From NCBI GenBank assembly GCA_038106445.1, contig JAYODU010000003.1, forward strand, positions 120,929 to 184,928: a DNA stretch of 64,000 bases, read 5' to 3'. The number at the start of each line of letters is the position of its first letter. Position 1 is the stretch's first letter. The notes beneath the pieces are model-generated. The model was given only the letters and a program-made list of their open reading frames with translations, did not search any database and was not told where the DNA came from. Of the stretch, positions 28,953-38,592 are shown piece after piece. A program made the translations under genes and the position numbers. The stretch is from Kordiimonadaceae bacterium (lineage in GTDB: Bacteria > Pseudomonadota > Alphaproteobacteria > Sphingomonadales > Emcibacteraceae).

Positions 28953-29768
28953 TCATGCGCGCAGTTTATAGCCGCTTTTGAACATTTTATAACACGCGAT
29001 CCATAATATAATATTTAATATTAAGATAAAGATAACGCCAACTATAGGGTCAGCCTCTGACCGGCCGGTAAAACCATAGCGAAAACCATCAATCAGATAA
29101 AAGAAAGGGTTGATCTGACTGATCTGGTACCAGACACCGCTTAACCGTTCGATGGAATAAAATGTACCCGATAAAAAAGAAAGCGGCATGATAACAAAAT
29201 TATTAATCGCGGATGTCTGGTCAAAGCGCTGCCCCCAAATGCCGGTCATGGTTCCAAGCAGTGAAAGCATAAGTGACCCTGAAATGCTGAAATATAAAAT
29301 CGCCCAGATGTGAACCAATTTCACGTCAGTCATAAAAGTCATTGCCAGCAACACAAAAACACCAACCATTATGCCGCGTGTTACCCCGCCAAGGGCATAG
29401 CCAAGCGTTATTTCCTTCGCGCCGATTGGCGCCAGAAGAATATCAACGATATTCCCTTGCATTTTTGAACCTATGATCGATGACGATGTATTGGCAAAAC
29501 TATTCTGCAGGACAGACATAATGATAAGCCCCGGTGCCAGAAAAACTGCATAAGGAATTTCACCGATGTAGCGGTCTGTTCCGCCAAGGGCAAGTGTGAA
29601 TATCATCATAAACATCAGCGTGGTGACGACCGGTGCGCCAACGGTTTGTCCGAAAACCTTCAAATATCGTCTGACTTCTTTTTCATAAAGCGTGCAAAAT
29701 CCTGACCAGTTAAATGATCCCAGTCTTTTTGAGCCAAATTCGCTTATTGTTTTTTGATTTTCCGACAT
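28953..29768 (-). CDS. ABC-2 type transporter permease (YadH/NodJ-like), no adjacent ATPase gene
   Basis: 271 aa with six predicted hydrophobic spans and the typical ABC-2 permease N-terminus (LYEKEVRRYLKVFGQTVGAPVVTTLMFM). Confidence 0.75.
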   Translation of the reverse strand: MSENQKTISEFGSKRLGSFNWSGFCTLYEKEVRRYLKVFGQTVGAPVVTTLMFMMIFTLALGGTDRYIGEIPYAVFLAPGLIIMSVLQNSFANTSSSIIGSKMQGNIVDILLAPIGAKEITLGYALGGVTRGIMVGVFVLLAMTFMTDVKLVHIWAILYFSISGSLMLSLLGTMTGIWGQRFDQTSAINNFVIMPLSFLSGTFYSIERLSGVWYQISQINPFFYLIDGFRYGFTGRSEADPIVGVIFILILNIILWIACYKMFKSGYKLRA

Positions 29769-29938
29769 GCTCCCAATCTCTTACTTTAAACGTTTACCTT
29801 ATATTCCAAAAGCGGCCTGTTTCGCAATCTGATCTTGACCTTTTTTATTCTGTCGAATAAATAGCAGCAAAATTTATGGCATTGAATGCAAATTATGTTA
29901 TATATGCCACTTGAGTAAATTTAATATAAGGACTTATT

Positions 29939-30397
29939 ATGGCTTGGACAGATGATCGCGTTGAAAAACTCCGTGAACTTTGGGACAAAGGGCTAAGTGC
30001 GAGCCAAATTGCCAAGGAACTCGCGGAAGGGGTAACCCGTAACGCCGTCATCGGTAAGGCGCATCGCATGGGACTTGCGTCCCGTCCGTCACCGGTGAAA
30101 GCCGATCCGGCCAAGCGTGCCGCCACAACATCAAAAAAGAAAGTCGCCGCCAAAAAAGAACCGACGAAGGTATCCACACCGGCCACTGGTAAGGTCACCA
30201 TTCTGGATCTGACCGAAAGCATGTGCAAATGGCCAATCGGTCATCCGGGTGAGGCAAAATTTCATTTCTGCGGCAAACCGTCACAGCCGACATTTCCTTA
30301 TTGCGCCGCGCATTGCATTGAAGCGTATCAGGTACAGCAACCACGCCGTTCACGTCGCAATACCCGTCGCCGCATTATGGCAACACCGGTTAAATAA
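29939..30397 (+). CDS. gcrA: GcrA cell-cycle regulator
   Basis: MAWTDDRVEKLRELWDKGLSASQIAKELAEGVTRNAVIGKAHRMGL, plus the conserved C-terminal CKWPIG.P....F.FCG motif. This family is specific to Alphaproteobacteria. Confidence 0.9.
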   Translation: MAWTDDRVEKLRELWDKGLSASQIAKELAEGVTRNAVIGKAHRMGLASRPSPVKADPAKRAATTSKKKVAAKKEPTKVSTPATGKVTILDLTESMCKWPIGHPGEAKFHFCGKPSQPTFPYCAAHCIEAYQVQQPRRSRRNTRRRIMATPVK

Positions 30398-30491
30398 AAC
30401 CCTCAAAATTTTCAATTAAGTTTACAAAACGGCCCTGATCGTATTAAGGTCGTTTCGTTATATATTGGGGTAAGATGAAAAGGGAGAGACA

Positions 30492-32231
30492 ATGACAAAA
30501 TTCTATAAGCTTATGTTGATCACAGTTCATGTGATCATATTTACAATTATGCCTGCGCGGGCGCAGGATGACTATACACCGCCAGACTACAGCTCACGTG
30601 ACGGGTTTGTGCCGATTGTCGGCAAAAATGGCATGGTCAGTGTCAGGGAAAGTATAGCCGCCGAAGTTGGCGCAGAAATACTTGAACAGGGCGGTAATGC
30701 CGTTGATTCAGCAGCGGCAATCGGTTTTGCGCTTGCGGTGACATATCCGTCTGCCGGTAATATCGGTGGCGGTGGCTTCATGGTCGTTCATATTGCCGAA
30801 ACAAATGAAACCATTACGATTGATTACCGTGAAATGTCAGCGGGCAGTGCACGTCATGACCTTTATGTGGTTGATGACAAGGTTGATAACCGTCTTGCCA
30901 AATACAGCCGTCAATCATCCGGCGTGCCCGGAACCGTCATGGGTATGGCCCTTGCCATTGAAAAATATGGCACAATGACCCTGCAGCAGGTCATGGCACC
31001 TGCCTATAAGCTCGCGAGCAAAGGTTTCCCGGTTTATACCAACCTTGAAGTGACCCTTGCCCGCAGTAAAGAGCGTCTGGGCGCTGATCCGGCGGCATCA
31101 AAGGTATTCTATAAAGCGGATGGCAGCAATTACCGGGCCGGTGAAATACTGGTGCAGGAAGACCTTGCATGGTCCTTGAAGCAGATCATGGATAATGGTG
31201 TTGATGCATTTTATAAAGGCGAAGTTGCAAAACGGATAACAGACGATATGGCGGCAAATGATGGTCTGCTGACTATGGAAGATTTCGCCGCCTATAAGGT
31301 TTATGAGCGGGCGCCCGTTTGGGGAACTTATAAAGGCTATAAAATAGCGACAATGCCGCCGCCGTCATCCGGAGGAATGCATATGATTCAGATGATGAAT
31401 ATGCTCGAAAATGATGATCTTAAATCAATGGGGCATAACAGCGCGGCAACACTTCATCTTTATATCGAAAGTATGCGTCAGGCTTATGCGGACAGGAGCC
31501 TTTATGCGGGTGATCCGGCATTTTTTGATATTCCGGTTGATAAAATCATAGATAAGGATTACGCAGCCGAAATTCGTGCCCGTATTCCGATGGACCGTGC
31601 CCGTGACAGTTCCGAAGTGGCACCGACCAAAAACCTTGCCTATGAAAGTCCGGAAACAACCCATTATTCGGTCATGGATAAATGGGGTAACGCTGTCAGC
31701 AATACCTATACGCTGAATTTCGGTTTTGGTAATGGTATCATGGCGGCTAACACAGGTATCCTGCTTAATAACGAACTTGATGACTTTGATCATGAGCCAT
31801 ACAAGCCCGATGCAAACGGGAATATCAGTGGCAAAGCCAATGCCCAGGAACCACATAAACGCCCGCGTTCTTCCATGACACCGACTATTCTGTTCAAGGA
31901 TGACAAGCCATTTTTGATCACCGGCTCGCCGGGCGGTGGTACCATTATCAATACGGTTTTTCAGACGGTCATGAATGTGGTTGAATTTGATATGAATGTG
32001 GCGGCAGCATCAAGCAAGCCACGGATTAATCACCAATGGATGCCCGATATGACAACCATTGAAAATGGTGTCAGCCAGGATACGCTGAATATACTGGAAA
32101 GCATGGGTCATAAATTCAATGCCAGCGGGCGCACACTTGGCAGCACGAACAGTATTATCTGGCGTGATGGCTGGTTTTATGGTGCCCATGATCCGCGTAA
32201 TATGAATGCGGCGACCATCGGGATTAACTGA
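30492..32231 (+). CDS. ggt: gamma-glutamyltransferase, secreted, paralog GGT1
   Basis: Sec signal ending PARAQ. GNIGGGGFMV. Autoprocessing/catalytic Thr context SPETTHYSVMDKWGNAVSNTYTLN. TGSPGG near the C-terminus. Confidence 0.9.
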   Translation: MTKFYKLMLITVHVIIFTIMPARAQDDYTPPDYSSRDGFVPIVGKNGMVSVRESIAAEVGAEILEQGGNAVDSAAAIGFALAVTYPSAGNIGGGGFMVVHIAETNETITIDYREMSAGSARHDLYVVDDKVDNRLAKYSRQSSGVPGTVMGMALAIEKYGTMTLQQVMAPAYKLASKGFPVYTNLEVTLARSKERLGADPAASKVFYKADGSNYRAGEILVQEDLAWSLKQIMDNGVDAFYKGEVAKRITDDMAANDGLLTMEDFAAYKVYERAPVWGTYKGYKIATMPPPSSGGMHMIQMMNMLENDDLKSMGHNSAATLHLYIESMRQAYADRSLYAGDPAFFDIPVDKIIDKDYAAEIRARIPMDRARDSSEVAPTKNLAYESPETTHYSVMDKWGNAVSNTYTLNFGFGNGIMAANTGILLNNELDDFDHEPYKPDANGNISGKANAQEPHKRPRSSMTPTILFKDDKPFLITGSPGGGTIINTVFQTVMNVVEFDMNVAAASSKPRINHQWMPDMTTIENGVSQDTLNILESMGHKFNASGRTLGSTNSIIWRDGWFYGAHDPRNMNAATIGIN

Positions 32232-32250
32232 CGAACATTGAAATAGTATA

Positions 32251-32280
32251 AAAAAGGCGGGATTATTCCCGCCTTTTTTG
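32251..32280 (+). terminator. rho-independent terminator after GGT1
   Basis: AAAAAGGCGGGA / TCCCGCCTTTTT stem followed by a T-run. Confidence 0.8.
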
Positions 32281-32329
32281 TTGCCAATATTTGATTGGTA
32301 TGGCTAACTTCACAGTGGAGGGTTTAACA

Positions 32330-34078
32330 ATGGGAAAATATTTTCTTGCCATCATCATTTTTGTTTTTTCTGCGCAGTTCATAAATGCACAGGATAAAAA
32401 ACTGCCGGATTTCAATGCAATAGACGGGTTTGTGCCGGTCATTGGGGAAAAGGGCATGGTTTCAAGCCGTCATTATCTGGCTACCGAAGTGGGGGCGAAT
32501 ATCCTGAAACAGGGTGGTAATGCGGTGGACGCAGCGGCGGCTATTGCATTTGCGCTTGCGGTCGTGCATCCGGAAGCAGGGAATATCGGCGGTGGTGGTT
32601 TTATGGTCATCCATATTGCGGACAAGCATAAAACCACGACTATTGATTACCGGGAATATGCCGGGGAAAATGCGACACATGACCTTTATGTGGTGGACGG
32701 TAGAATTGACCCGTTTCTGTCATTTCAAAGCCGCAAATCGGTTGGTGTGCCGGGGACGGTTGCGGGTATGGCAATGGCCCTTGAAAAATATGGTACCATG
32801 TCCCTTGCGGATGTGATCAAACCGGCTTACGCACTGGCAAGTGAAGGATTTATCGTTGGTCGCCATCTTGAACGCACGCTCGAAACACACCGGGAAAAAT
32901 TAATAGCTGCGCCGGAAACACGGGAAATTTTCTTTAAGGCGGACGGTGGGTCATACCGGTTTGGCGATGTGCTTGTTCAAAGCGATCTCGCCGGATCGTT
33001 AAAAGCCATTATGGAACAGGGCCCCGATGCATTTTATAAAGGGGAAATTGCCGAAAAAATGATCGCGGATCAACGCAAATATGATGGCATCCTGACCATG
33101 GATGATTTTGCATCCTACAAATCCATAGAGCGGGAACCGGTAACCGGAAGCTATAAGGGTTATGAAATTGCCGCCATGCCGCCACCATCATCCGGCGGGG
33201 TTCATGTGGTTCAGATGCTGAATATGCTCGCAAATGATGATATTCGTGCCAAGGGTCATAACAGCGCAGAAACACTTCATTTATATATCGAAGCCATGCG
33301 GCAGGCTTATGCAGACAGAAGCCTTTATACCGGGGATCCTGCCTTTTTTGATGTGCCGGTTGCGAAATTAACCGACGCGGAATATGCTCGTGAAACACGG
33401 GCGAAAATACCATTGGACCATGCCCGCAGATCGGCTGATCTGGCGCCGACAGAAGGATTAAACAGCAGGGAAAGCACGCAAACCACCCATTTTTCAGTAA
33501 TGGATGCGTGGGGCAACGCGGTCAGCAATACATATACGGTCAATTATGGTTTTTATGAAGGCATGCTGGCGGGCGGAACGGGCATTGTGCTGAATAATGA
33601 ACTGGATGATTTTGATCACCTGCCATATGAGCCCGATGTGAACGGTAATATCAGCGGGGAGGCAAATGCCCAGGAACCGCGAAAAAGACCCCGTTCATCG
33701 ATGACCCCAACAATTGTGTTAAAAGACGGGGTGCCGTTTCTGTTAACCGGAAGCCCGGGAAGCTCAACGATCATCAATACCGTATTTCAAACCATTATGA
33801 ATGTGATTGAGTTTGAAATGAATATTGCGGCGGCGTCAAGCAAGCCACGGATACACCATCAATGGATGCCGGATATCGTCGAAGTCGAAAGCAGCCTGAA
33901 TATCGATACTATCAATATCCTTAAACATATGGGACATAATATTGTTTACCGCGCGGACAGTAACACATACGGGTTTATGACACTTGGTGAAACAGCAAGC
34001 ATTGTTTATAAGGATGGTTATTATTACGGGGCGCATGATCCGCGTAATATGGATGCGGGTACAATAGGGCTTAATTAA
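32330..34078 (+). CDS. ggt: gamma-glutamyltransferase, secreted, paralog GGT2
   Basis: The start was chosen at ATG 32330 (MGKYFLAIIIFVFSAQFINAQ), 8 nt after GGAGG. GNIGGGGFMV. Catalytic Thr context STQTTHFSVMDAWGNAVSNTYTVN. Confidence 0.9.
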   Translation: MGKYFLAIIIFVFSAQFINAQDKKLPDFNAIDGFVPVIGEKGMVSSRHYLATEVGANILKQGGNAVDAAAAIAFALAVVHPEAGNIGGGGFMVIHIADKHKTTTIDYREYAGENATHDLYVVDGRIDPFLSFQSRKSVGVPGTVAGMAMALEKYGTMSLADVIKPAYALASEGFIVGRHLERTLETHREKLIAAPETREIFFKADGGSYRFGDVLVQSDLAGSLKAIMEQGPDAFYKGEIAEKMIADQRKYDGILTMDDFASYKSIEREPVTGSYKGYEIAAMPPPSSGGVHVVQMLNMLANDDIRAKGHNSAETLHLYIEAMRQAYADRSLYTGDPAFFDVPVAKLTDAEYARETRAKIPLDHARRSADLAPTEGLNSRESTQTTHFSVMDAWGNAVSNTYTVNYGFYEGMLAGGTGIVLNNELDDFDHLPYEPDVNGNISGEANAQEPRKRPRSSMTPTIVLKDGVPFLLTGSPGSSTIINTVFQTIMNVIEFEMNIAAASSKPRIHHQWMPDIVEVESSLNIDTINILKHMGHNIVYRADSNTYGFMTLGETASIVYKDGYYYGAHDPRNMDAGTIGLN

Positions 34079-34224
34079 AATTTATATCATATATTTTATG
34101 GCTAAAGCTATTATTTTTCATATTTTTTATAGTAATAATGAAAGATAATAATAAATATTGTTGACTAATAGATATTTATAAAGAAAAATATTTTTATGTA
34201 ATTGTAATGCTCAGAGTGTATATC

Positions 34225-34917
34225 ATGAAATATGTCAAATCATTTATCTTAGGGGTATTGGTGCTATATATTAGCACGAGCCATGCATTTGCGAATTATT
34301 CCAATGGTGTTATTGCCATGATGATCGGTCAGTCCGATTATGCCGTTTCGGAATTCAAGAAAGCAGCAGCCGAAGGACACGTAGAAGCAACCTATTCATT
34401 AGGCTATATGTATGAGAATGCTGTCGGCATCGCGAAAGATTATTGTGAAGCATTGAAATGGTATAAAATGGCTGCCGCAATGGGAGATGCAAAATCCCAA
34501 TATATTTTGGGAAATATGTATAACCGCGGTCGCGGTGTAGAAAAAAATGATGCTATTGCTGTCAGTTGGTATAAATTGGCAGCGGAACAGGATTATGCAT
34601 GGGCACAATATTTCCTGGGTCTTAAACTGGAGCGGGGTGAGGGAATAGAAAAAAACCTCAATCAGTCATCGGTCTGGTATGCCCGGGCAGCAGAAAAAGA
34701 GCATGCCGGGGCACAATATAATCTTGCGCAAATGTATTATCAAGGTCATGGTGTGGATCAGAATTATATTGAGGCTTATAAATGGGCGAGTTTGGCAGAT
34801 GCCTATGCCCACAGTGAAGCGGAGGCATTAATGAAACGCCTTGAAGAAAAATTGGATAATGAGGCGATTATGACAAACAGGACTATAATTAAAAAATGGA
34901 TTAGACAGCACCGCTAA
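34225..34917 (+). CDS. secreted Sel1-like repeat (SLR/TPR-family) protein
   Basis: Signal MKYVKSFILGVLVLYISTSHAFA. At least four repeats of the A..LG.MY..G.GV.K....A..WY..AA pattern. The start was chosen at ATG 34225 rather than 34207. Confidence 0.8.
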   Translation: MKYVKSFILGVLVLYISTSHAFANYSNGVIAMMIGQSDYAVSEFKKAAAEGHVEATYSLGYMYENAVGIAKDYCEALKWYKMAAAMGDAKSQYILGNMYNRGRGVEKNDAIAVSWYKLAAEQDYAWAQYFLGLKLERGEGIEKNLNQSSVWYARAAEKEHAGAQYNLAQMYYQGHGVDQNYIEAYKWASLADAYAHSEAEALMKRLEEKLDNEAIMTNRTIIKKWIRQHR

Positions 34918-34985
34918 TCTATGATTTGTATTGTACTCAGAACTAGCGGCATTCCCGCACTTTAAGTCAAAGGAAAAGAAAGACA

Positions 34986-36734
34986 ATGAAATTGAAAGTT
35001 TTTATTTTAATAGCCAGTATTATCAGTTTTTGTGTAAGTCCGGCTATGGCGCAGATGGGAAGTGGCGGTACAGCGAATACACCGCGACTTAACACAACAG
35101 ACCGTTATGTACCGGTCATTGCACGTGGTGGTATGGTTGCTTCCCGTGAAAAAATGGCCTCGCAGGTTGGTGCCGATATTCTTGCAAAAGGCGGCAATGC
35201 CGTTGATGCGGCGGTTGCTGTTGGTTTTGCACTTGCTGTAACATATCCGCAGGCTGGTAATATTGGTGGTGGCGGTTTTATGGTCATACACCTTGCGGAA
35301 GAAAATAAATCTATTGCGATTGATTACCGTGAAATGGCCCCTTCTGCTGCGCACCGTGATATGTTTCTGAATGAAGACGGTAGTGTTGATGATGTCCGCT
35401 CAAAATATGGCCCGCTAGCTTCCGGGGTTCCCGGTACCGTTGCGGGACTTGCTCATGCACTTGAAAATTACGGCACCATGAGCCTTAAAGACGTGATCCA
35501 GCCAGCATATGACCTCGCGTACAATGGTTTTCCGGTTTATAATTACCTGCAATCTTCACTTAATGGCCGTAAAGAACGCCTGATGGAAAATGAGGCGGCC
35601 GCGAAGGTATTTTATAAAGCAGACGGTTCATCATATGGGTACGGTGAAATCCTTAAGCAGGAAGACCTTGCCTGGTCCTTAAAACAGATTATGGACGGTG
35701 GCAAGGACGCTTTTTATAAAGGTGAAATCGCCCGACGTATCGTTGCTGATCAGCAATCACATGGTGGCCTGATCACCATGGATGATATGGCCGGTTACGT
35801 GGCCAAGGAACGCGAAGCGATTGTTGGTACCTATAAAGATTATAAGGTTGTTACCATGCCGCCACCATCATCCGGCGGTGTTCATCTGGTACAGATGATG
35901 AATATGCTTGAAAATGACAACCTTAAGGAAAAAGGGCATAATAGTGCTGCAACACTGCATCTTTATATCGAAAGTATGCGCCAGGCTTATGCGGACCGTA
36001 GCAAATATCTGGGTGATCCTGACTTTTTCAATGTGCCGGTGGCTGAACTTACATCGAAAGAATATGCAAAAATTGTTCGTGACCTGATCCCGGCGGATAA
36101 ATCACGCCGTTCAACCGACGTGGCACCGGCAATCGGGCTGCTTCCGGAAAGTCCGGATACAACACATTTTTCCGTGATGGATAAAGACGGCAATGCGGTT
36201 TCAAATACCTATACTCTGAATTTCAGCTATGGCAGTCACATGATGGCGGCCGGTACCGGTATTATGATGAATGATGAAATGGATGATTTTTCCGTTAAGC
36301 CGGGAACACCAAATGGTTACGGCCTTATTGGCGGCGAAGCCAACAGTGTACAGCCGAAAAAACGCCCGCTTTCATCCATGACACCAACAATAGTACTTAA
36401 GGATGGCAAGCCATTTTTCGTAACCGGTAGTCCCGGCGGCAGCACCATCATCACAGCTGTGATGCAATCGGTGCTGAACGTGGTTGAATTTGATATGAAT
36501 GCCATGCATCAGCTTGCGGCACCGCGTATGCATCATCAATGGCTTCCGGATGCTGTGATGCTTGAAGAAGGTATAAGCCAGGATACAAAAAATATCCTTG
36601 TGAATATGGGCCATATCATTGCCCCACCGCAATTTACGATCGGATCGCTTAGCTCCATCATGCTGAAAGACGGTATCTTTTACGGTGCCGCCGACATCCG
36701 CAGCATGGATGCCGCCGCGATTGGTGTTGAATAA
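34986..36734 (+). CDS. ggt: gamma-glutamyltransferase, secreted, paralog GGT3
   Basis: Signal ending SPAMAQ. GNIGGGGFMV. Catalytic Thr context SPDTTHFSVMDKDGNAVSNTYTLN. TGSPGG. Confidence 0.9.
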   Translation: MKLKVFILIASIISFCVSPAMAQMGSGGTANTPRLNTTDRYVPVIARGGMVASREKMASQVGADILAKGGNAVDAAVAVGFALAVTYPQAGNIGGGGFMVIHLAEENKSIAIDYREMAPSAAHRDMFLNEDGSVDDVRSKYGPLASGVPGTVAGLAHALENYGTMSLKDVIQPAYDLAYNGFPVYNYLQSSLNGRKERLMENEAAAKVFYKADGSSYGYGEILKQEDLAWSLKQIMDGGKDAFYKGEIARRIVADQQSHGGLITMDDMAGYVAKEREAIVGTYKDYKVVTMPPPSSGGVHLVQMMNMLENDNLKEKGHNSAATLHLYIESMRQAYADRSKYLGDPDFFNVPVAELTSKEYAKIVRDLIPADKSRRSTDVAPAIGLLPESPDTTHFSVMDKDGNAVSNTYTLNFSYGSHMMAAGTGIMMNDEMDDFSVKPGTPNGYGLIGGEANSVQPKKRPLSSMTPTIVLKDGKPFFVTGSPGGSTIITAVMQSVLNVVEFDMNAMHQLAAPRMHHQWLPDAVMLEEGISQDTKNILVNMGHIIAPPQFTIGSLSSIMLKDGIFYGAADIRSMDAAAIGVE

Positions 36735-36757
36735 GACTTATATGATATAAATTATTA

Positions 36758-36785
36758 AAGGCGGTCTTAATGACCGCCTTTTCTT
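36758..36785 (+). terminator. rho-independent terminator after GGT3
   Basis: AAAGGCGGTC / GACCGCCTTT stem followed by TCTT. Confidence 0.7.
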
Positions 36786-36982
36786 ACTTTCAATTTAATC
36801 GATGATATCTAAATTTTCGGGCGGTAGCAGGCTTAAAATTCCCAATGATGAGAACATTAGGTAGATGTCATTTTTCCTGAGTCTCATTTTTACAGATTTC
36901 TGTGAGGATAGTGATTTCAGCTTATCCTCAAGTGCTGATGCAACGCTGATATCAATAGATGATATCTCTTCAAAATCTAAAA

Positions 36983-37645
36983 TTATATATTGATGATTAT
37001 TTTTTGTTCCGGCTGGTTTACCAGACTGAACCGCAGAAACGCGCTTAATTTGGTCAGCATGCCATTGGCTTCCCTGGTTTGTTTATCTAGTACAAGCGTT
37101 GAAATGGCATTAAGTGTGTTAAACAAAAAATGCGGGTTGATCTGGTATCTTAACATCTGCAGTTGCGATTTATGGGCTTCCGCGACAGCTTGCAGGTACA
37201 TTTCTTTTTGTTCCAGAAGCAGAAAATGATAATTGGCAATGAAATAGGCACCCGTCCAGATCATAAGCACAAAAACATCATAAAGTGCCCGCCCGGCCAG
37301 AAATTCATAAATCTGAACATCAATGAAAAAAGTCTGAAGAACAATCCATGTGTCGATTGCACTCAGAATAAGGGCAGCTATGACAATACAGGTGATCACC
37401 GAAAGTATTAAGGTGGAGGCCGGAATATCACTGTTTCTGAGTTTACGGTATATAAGCCGCATCAGAACCGTAATGATAAAACCGCTGACAACCGATGTTG
37501 CAACGGTTATCTGAAAAATAAAATCCTCGCCATCCGCATATAAATTAAGAGCGCGGGCAGCCCCAAATGCAAGCCAGCCCGCGATCTGTAATTTCCAAAA
37601 AATGCTCTCTTTCTGCTTTAACTGTTTTTCAATAAAGTTCGCCAA
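36983..37645 (-). pseudogene. LytS/YehU-type sensor histidine kinase truncated after the phospho-acceptor domain (no HATPase domain)
   Basis: 220 aa with five or six N-terminal hydrophobic spans, then the His_kinase (PF06580-type) signature LQMLRYQINPHFLFNTLNAISTLV. The ORF stops about 45 aa later. No ATP-binding (N, G1, G2 box) region appears in any frame of the remaining 190 bp. Confidence 0.55.
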
Positions 37646-37653
37646 AGGCTTCC

Positions 37654-38514
37654 TTAACTTACATTTGATATGATATGTACGTCCTGTTGCGGATATGGGA
37701 AGTTAAGATCATTTTTATCGAAGTGTTGCTTAATGGCCTTGGTTAGATCCCAGCGCACACCCCAGTAATCACCGCTAATTACCCAAACACGTATTCCTAT
37801 ATCTACTGAACTGGCACCAAGTTCGTTGACAAATATCTGGGAACCCGGCTCTTTTAGGGCACGGTTCTCATCCGCAATAATTTTTTTCAGCTCCGCCATG
37901 GCATGATCAATATCATCATCATAGCTTATGCCTACGACCAAATCGACACGGCGTGTTTCATTTGCTGAAAAGTTTTTAATTGATGCGCCCCAAACCTGGC
38001 TATTGGGGATAATGATTTTGATGTTATCGCCGGTTGCCATTTCCGTAACAAAGAGGCCAAGTGCTTTTACAGTTCCGGCATGGCCGGCCACATCAACAAA
38101 TTCACCGATCTTGAATGGACGAAATATAAGTAGCATGACACCCGCTGCAACATTGCTTAGTGTGCCCTGCAATGCAAGACCAATGGCAAGTGATGCGGCA
38201 CCAAGTATTGCTATCAGACTGGCTGTTTCAACACCAAAGCGGTCAAGCACTGCAAGAATTGTAAATATGATGACAATGTAACGCGCAAGGCTTGCAAAGA
38301 ATGCTCTCAGGGTATCATCAATTCTGTCGCTTTTACCACAAGCTTTTAATATCATTTTACTGACCCACCCAGCAGCCATAAAACCGATGATAAGGATGAG
38401 TGTTGCGAATACGATGTTAAGACCATATTGAGTCGCAAGCTCGACGATCATATCCGTATATTGTTGCACATTTTCTTCCATTTTGATCTCTTTTATATTT
38501 CTATTTTTTGTCAA
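37654..38514 (-). CDS. small-conductance mechanosensitive channel (MscS family)
   Basis: TM3-like region LAILGAASLAIGLALQGTLSNVAAGVMLLIFRPFKIGEFV, followed by a beta-domain. An alternative start is the ATG at 38481. Confidence 0.85.
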   Translation of the reverse strand: MTKNRNIKEIKMEENVQQYTDMIVELATQYGLNIVFATLILIIGFMAAGWVSKMILKACGKSDRIDDTLRAFFASLARYIVIIFTILAVLDRFGVETASLIAILGAASLAIGLALQGTLSNVAAGVMLLIFRPFKIGEFVDVAGHAGTVKALGLFVTEMATGDNIKIIIPNSQVWGASIKNFSANETRRVDLVVGISYDDDIDHAMAELKKIIADENRALKEPGSQIFVNELGASSVDIGIRVWVISGDYWGVRWDLTKAIKQHFDKNDLNFPYPQQDVHIISNVS

Positions 38515-38592
38515 TTGAAAATAGGCTGATTGTCGGAACTGCGCAATAAAAAATTAACCATTCTGGCCAAATGCCGCCGCAATATAGCCACA

